NCBI GenBank assembly: GCA_963851265.1
Contig: CAWKNZ010000008.1
Coordinates: 1 to 64,000, forward strand
Reading direction: 5' to 3'
DNA length: 64,000 bases
Source of the DNA: an uncultured Gemmatimonadales bacterium
Lineage (GTDB): Bacteria; Gemmatimonadota; Gemmatimonadetes; Gemmatimonadales; Gemmatimonadaceae
Part shown: piece after piece, positions 60,349-64,000 of the stretch
Position numbering within the stretch: position 1 is the stretch's first letter
Layout: every line of letters starts with the position of its first letter
Notes under the pieces: model-generated
What the model saw: only the letters and a program-made list of their open reading frames with translations
Databases searched by the model: none
What the model was told of the DNA's origin: nothing
Translations under genes and position numbers: made by a program

Positions 60349-60822
60349 GGATCGGTCGGGCTTCCGGGGACGGGCGGCGTCGACATCACGATGACATACA
60401 ACGCGGACCGGGAAAGGTTCGTTCTGCCGCGGTGTCGGGCGACACGCGCGCCCGGCGACGGCGAGGGCGGGCACATCTGTCGCCGCCCAGCCGCGGCAGC
60501 GCGCGGGGCGGGTGGGCGAACCGGGCGCGCGCCGCGCGGCCGACGGGCCCGCGGCGTGTAGCAGGCTTGCGCCGCACCGGGATGCCTCACATTTTGGCGC
60601 GCGTTGATACTCAATGGCGGACGGCGGCGCGGCTCGGCGGCGCGCCGCCCCCGCCGCAGCGGGGCCGGCGGGGAACGCCCGCGCCCAATGCCTAACGCGC
60701 GGCGCGTCCGACCACCGGCCGCCCCCGCCGCCCGCGCGGCCGCCGAGGAGCGCGCCCAACGGCGCGCCGAACGGCGCGCCGAACGCACGACCGCGCACCA
60801 CCCCACCCACACGGAGATTCGC

Positions 60823-61698
60823 ATGGCGAAGCACGCGGCAGCAAACCGGACGTCCGCCGGCCAGGGCGCCACCTACACCCGCGAGAGCGACGCGCGGCTG
60901 GCGGCTGCCGGCGGCGCGGCCCGCCTGCAGCCGCGGCGGACGCGGGGGTTCGGCTGGGTTCCGGACCTCCCCGACCACCGGGACTTCCTGTACGCGGCCC
61001 CCACACCGGTCCTACACACCATCCCGGCGAAGGTCGACCTCCGCCCGGGGTGCCCGCCCGTCTACGACCAGGGCGACCTCGGCAGTTGCACGGCCAACGC
61101 GATCGCCGGCGCGATCGAGTTCGACCAGAAAAAGGAATCCCAGACGTACCCGACGCCGTTCGCGCCGTCGCGGCTGTTCATCTACTACAACGAGCGCACC
61201 ATCGAAGGCACCGTCGCGCAGGACAGCGGCGCCCAGATCCGCGACGGCATCAAGAGCGTCGCCACGCTCGGCGCGTGCCCCGAAGACAAGGACTGGCCAT
61301 ACGACATCACGAAGTTCGCCGACGCGCCGCCGGCCGGCGCGTTCGCCGACGCCGCCTCTTACAAGATCAAGACGTACCAGCGCCTCATCCAGGACCTGAA
61401 CACGATGAAGGGCTGCCTGGCGTCGGGCTATCCGTTCGTGTTCGGCTTCACCGCGTACAACAGCCTGCAGACGCCCGCGGTCCAGCAAACGGGGCAGATC
61501 CCGATGCCCACCACGCAGGACCAGGTCATCGGCGGACACGCGATCGTCGCCGTCGGCTACGACGACGCGACCCGCACGTTCACCATCCGCAACTCGTGGG
61601 GCGCGGGCTGGGGCGACGCCGGCTACGGCTACATGCCCTACTCGTACCTGCTCGAGCGCAACCTCGCCTCGGACTTCTGGACGATCCGCAGCGTCTGA
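60823..61698 (+). CDS. C1 (papain) family cysteine peptidase
   Basis: QGDLGSCTANA, SRLFIYYNER, GGHAIVAVGY, RNSWG; GGAGA RBS. Confidence 0.93.
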   Translation: MAKHAAANRTSAGQGATYTRESDARLAAAGGAARLQPRRTRGFGWVPDLPDHRDFLYAAPTPVLHTIPAKVDLRPGCPPVYDQGDLGSCTANAIAGAIEFDQKKESQTYPTPFAPSRLFIYYNERTIEGTVAQDSGAQIRDGIKSVATLGACPEDKDWPYDITKFADAPPAGAFADAASYKIKTYQRLIQDLNTMKGCLASGYPFVFGFTAYNSLQTPAVQQTGQIPMPTTQDQVIGGHAIVAVGYDDATRTFTIRNSWGAGWGDAGYGYMPYSYLLERNLASDFWTIRSV

Positions 61699-61731
61699 CG
61701 CGCGCCTGACTCGCGCCTGACGCGCCGGCCG

Positions 61732-62004
61732 TCAGCGGAGGAACCGCCGCGCGACCTGCTCCAGCCGCTCGTCGCGCGCGGCCTCGGCCTCGGCCAGGAT
61801 CTCCTCCACGTACGGCCGGAGCAGCGGCTCGCCCCAGTAGTACCCGGTCGCGCGCTCGGCCAGTTGCGTCTCGCTCACGCGCGCCGCCTCGAGCAGCGCG
61901 CGCGCGGCCAGGCGCGGGTACTCGGGGTCGTCCCGCTCGGGGAGGCCGTAGTTGCGCCGGGGCATCTCGCCCTCGGCGTCGTCTCTCAGGAATGCCCGCG
62001 ACAT
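61732..62004 (-). CDS. Hypothetical protein
   Basis: 90-aa charged, helical ORF with coding-like codon usage (MSRAFLRDD...). Confidence 0.7.
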   Translation of the reverse strand: MSRAFLRDDAEGEMPRRNYGLPERDDPEYPRLAARALLEAARVSETQLAERATGYYWGEPLLRPYVEEILAEAEAARDERLEQVARRFLR

Positions 62005-62014
62005 CTGGCGGAAG

Positions 62015-63448
62015 TTAGCACCCCGCCAGATACCGCAGCGCGGTCACGCTCGGCAGAAAACAGTACGCCGCGCCGCGCGTGCGCACGAACCGCGAGAAGC
62101 CCGTCAGCACGACCGGCGCGGCACCCTCGACCGGGATCACGAACCGGCTCGTGGCCGCCGCGTTGTCGCCGAGCACGGGGTCGCGCGTGGCGCCGAGCCC
62201 GGGCGCGAACGCGCCGTCGTTCACCCAGTCGGCCATCACGAATTCGAACTGGTCTTTGAGGCTGACGCCGATGAAGACGCCGAGCAGGCCGCGCTCGACC
62301 CCGTCGTGCGGGCGCGCGGGGTCGTAGGGCGGGCCGTAGGGGAGCCCGCGGCGCATGATCCGGCGCTTGAGCCCGGCGGACCCCGCGACGGCCGAGCTGC
62401 GCGGGTTGGTGCGCCGCATGTGCGAGCCGATCGGGCAGCGGTAGCCCTTGCGGTCGTCGTAGACGTCGGGGCGGGCGGGCGTGGGCGCGTAGTCGAACGC
62501 ATTCATCCGCTCGAGCGGGATCGGCGGGTCGGGCGCGTCGGTGTCAGGCGAGAGGGCGAGCGGCACGCCGTTGCGCCAGCGCCCGCAGACCTTCGCCGCG
62601 ACGAGCTCGGGGTCGACGCCGTGCCGCGCGCCCGCGTCCCGCAGAAACTGCTCGAACGCGTCGCAGTCCTGCTCGAGGATGCGCACCGCGGCGAAGCTGC
62701 CGTTGCACCCGAGCGCGGCCGGCGCGGGCACGGGGTACGTGAGGCCGGCGTACTGACTCGGGTAACCGAGCACGAACTCGCCGACCGGGGCCGGCGGCAG
62801 CAGGTCGGGGATGAGCGGCGGCAGCCCGCCGTCGACCGTGGGCTGCGAGAAGCCGTCGCGGTAGCCGAAGTGGGCGAGGTCGCCCGGGAGCGCGCCCGCG
62901 TCCACCGCGCCGACCTCGACGAGCGCGCCGGCGGCGAAGCCGCCGGGGGCGAACCCGGCGCGGAGCGCGTCGCACACGGCGTCGCGTACGGCCGCGCTCT
63001 GCGCGAACACGAAGAGGAAGACGTGCGCGTCGGCCGGGGCCACCGCGTCCACCCACCCGGCGGGCGCGCTGTCCCCGACGTCTCCGACCCGCTCGGCCCG
63101 CGCCGCGGCGCCCTCGACGAACTCCGTCGGGAACGTCGCGAGCGTGGCCGCCGACACGCCGAGCGCCGTGAGTCCCGCGCTGGTGAGACCGACGTTGACG
63201 CAGGACGGCGGCTTCTCGCTCCAGGGCGCGCCCGTGGCGACGCGCGGCCCCGCGCCGTCCTCGCGCACCAACCCGCCCAGAAACTGCCGTGCCCCAGCCG
63301 CATCGGTCACGCGCAGCACCAGTAGGCGGAGCGCCGGCATCGTGTAGCTCCGCAGCACGAAGCCCTGCACGTCGCCGAGGTCGAGCGCCGCAGTCACCGG
63401 CGCCGGAGGAGGGCTCGCCGCGGCGGGCCCCGTCGCGTCGCCGCCCAC
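62015..63448 (-). CDS. Dye-decolorizing (DyP) peroxidase
   Basis: HFGYRDG (GxxDG), CPIGSHMRRTNPR (proximal His), RIMRRGLPYG. Confidence 0.9.
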   Translation of the reverse strand: MGGDATGPAAASPPPAPVTAALDLGDVQGFVLRSYTMPALRLLVLRVTDAAGARQFLGGLVREDGAGPRVATGAPWSEKPPSCVNVGLTSAGLTALGVSAATLATFPTEFVEGAAARAERVGDVGDSAPAGWVDAVAPADAHVFLFVFAQSAAVRDAVCDALRAGFAPGGFAAGALVEVGAVDAGALPGDLAHFGYRDGFSQPTVDGGLPPLIPDLLPPAPVGEFVLGYPSQYAGLTYPVPAPAALGCNGSFAAVRILEQDCDAFEQFLRDAGARHGVDPELVAAKVCGRWRNGVPLALSPDTDAPDPPIPLERMNAFDYAPTPARPDVYDDRKGYRCPIGSHMRRTNPRSSAVAGSAGLKRRIMRRGLPYGPPYDPARPHDGVERGLLGVFIGVSLKDQFEFVMADWVNDGAFAPGLGATRDPVLGDNAAATSRFVIPVEGAAPVVLTGFSRFVRTRGAAYCFLPSVTALRYLAGC

Positions 63449-63458
63449 GCGCCGCGCC

Positions 63459-63944
63459 TTACGCGGCCAGCGCCGCCTGGATGTCGAGCACCGTCCCGGT
63501 CGGGTACGCGCTGTAGAACGGCTCGAGGCCGCGCAGGTCGTTGGCCTGCACGTAGGCGAGGAACTCCTCGCGGTGCTGCTGCACGGGCAGCGGCGGCGCG
63601 CCGTCGACGTGCGCGAGGAGGGCGTTGAACACGTCGCCGATCTGGTCGACGAAGTCGTTGATGTACGCCTCGAACGACCCGTCGTACGTCGTGATCACCG
63701 CGAGCCGCGTGTCGCGCTCCATGAACACGAAGCGGGCGAAGTGCACCGTGCGCAGCGCGTCGAGGGCGCGGGCGATGGGGTTCATGCCCGGCGGCGCCGA
63801 CTGGATCTGCTGCAGCAGCGCGTGGAGCGCGGCGGCGTCGGCGGGCGACCGGATCGGCATGACGAGCGTCAGCGGACTCTGGACGGCCGCGCGCACGGGG
63901 GGCGGCGCGGGGGACGGCGGGGCGGAGATCGCGGACTCGGACAT
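63459..63944 (-). CDS. Hypothetical DyP-associated protein
   Basis: TVHFARFVF...TTYDGSFEAYINDF; ends 10 nt before the DyP start. Confidence 0.75.
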   Translation of the reverse strand: MSESAISAPPSPAPPPVRAAVQSPLTLVMPIRSPADAAALHALLQQIQSAPPGMNPIARALDALRTVHFARFVFMERDTRLAVITTYDGSFEAYINDFVDQIGDVFNALLAHVDGAPPLPVQQHREEFLAYVQANDLRGLEPFYSAYPTGTVLDIQAALAA

Positions 63945-64000
63945 GGGTGCTCGGGCGCGGCGGGTGTCACGCGGGCGCGGTCGCGGCCCGCAGGCGCCCC

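Noticed and set aside
1262..60696. GCCTAAC/GTTAGGC as integron attC sites
   Set aside because: Most copies are inside genes and are not paired 50-150 bp apart as hairpins; no integrase or cassette array is present.
1..64000. tRNA, rRNA, CRISPR array, intact IS or prophage
   Set aside because: None recognised by eye; tRNAscan-SE, Infernal and ISEScan would be needed to exclude them formally.

Overview
Very GC-rich (about 70-75% by eye) bacterial chromosomal window. The gene mix (SusC/SusD pair, TTPEP-type PEP-CTERM, TIGR02999-type ECF sigma factor, FG-GAP/ASPIC-UnbV protein) suggests Gemmatimonadota; this is an inference. From left to right: (1) 1-6 kb, a decayed zone with a frameshifted SnoaL gene, sigma-70, Mrr-like nuclease and DinB fragments, plus an intact PQQ-type sugar dehydrogenase and a diheme cytochrome; (2) a CzcCBA-type heavy-metal efflux operon led by a CxxC/RAPP leader ORF; (3) a matrixin and a glycan-modification cluster (GT2, methyltransferase-like/kinase fusion, radical SAM, GT4); (4) a GlcNAc-type polysaccharide utilisation locus (Tat-exported BNR protein, SusC, SusD, esterase, FG-GAP protein, GH20, NagB-PIG-L) with a LacI/NagR-like operator; (5) TetR, VIT1 and a tail-anchored AAA ATPase; (6) menF-D-H-B-E interrupted by an inverted DUF3761 gene, with a frameshifted menE; (7) PEP-CTERM, ECF sigma and two tiny lipoproteins; (8) a four-gene operon of metallophosphoesterase, two diheme MauG/CcP-family paralogs lacking the inter-heme Trp, and an AcpA-type phosphatase; (9) GNAT, HExxH protein, C1 peptidase, DyP peroxidase and its partner. 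The best candidates for new biology are the phosphatase/diheme operon and a 7-mer (GTTAGGC/GCCTAAC) found 28 times on both strands, often forcing rare codons. I recognised no rRNA, tRNA, CRISPR array or intact transposase. All family calls come from motif recognition; no searches were run.
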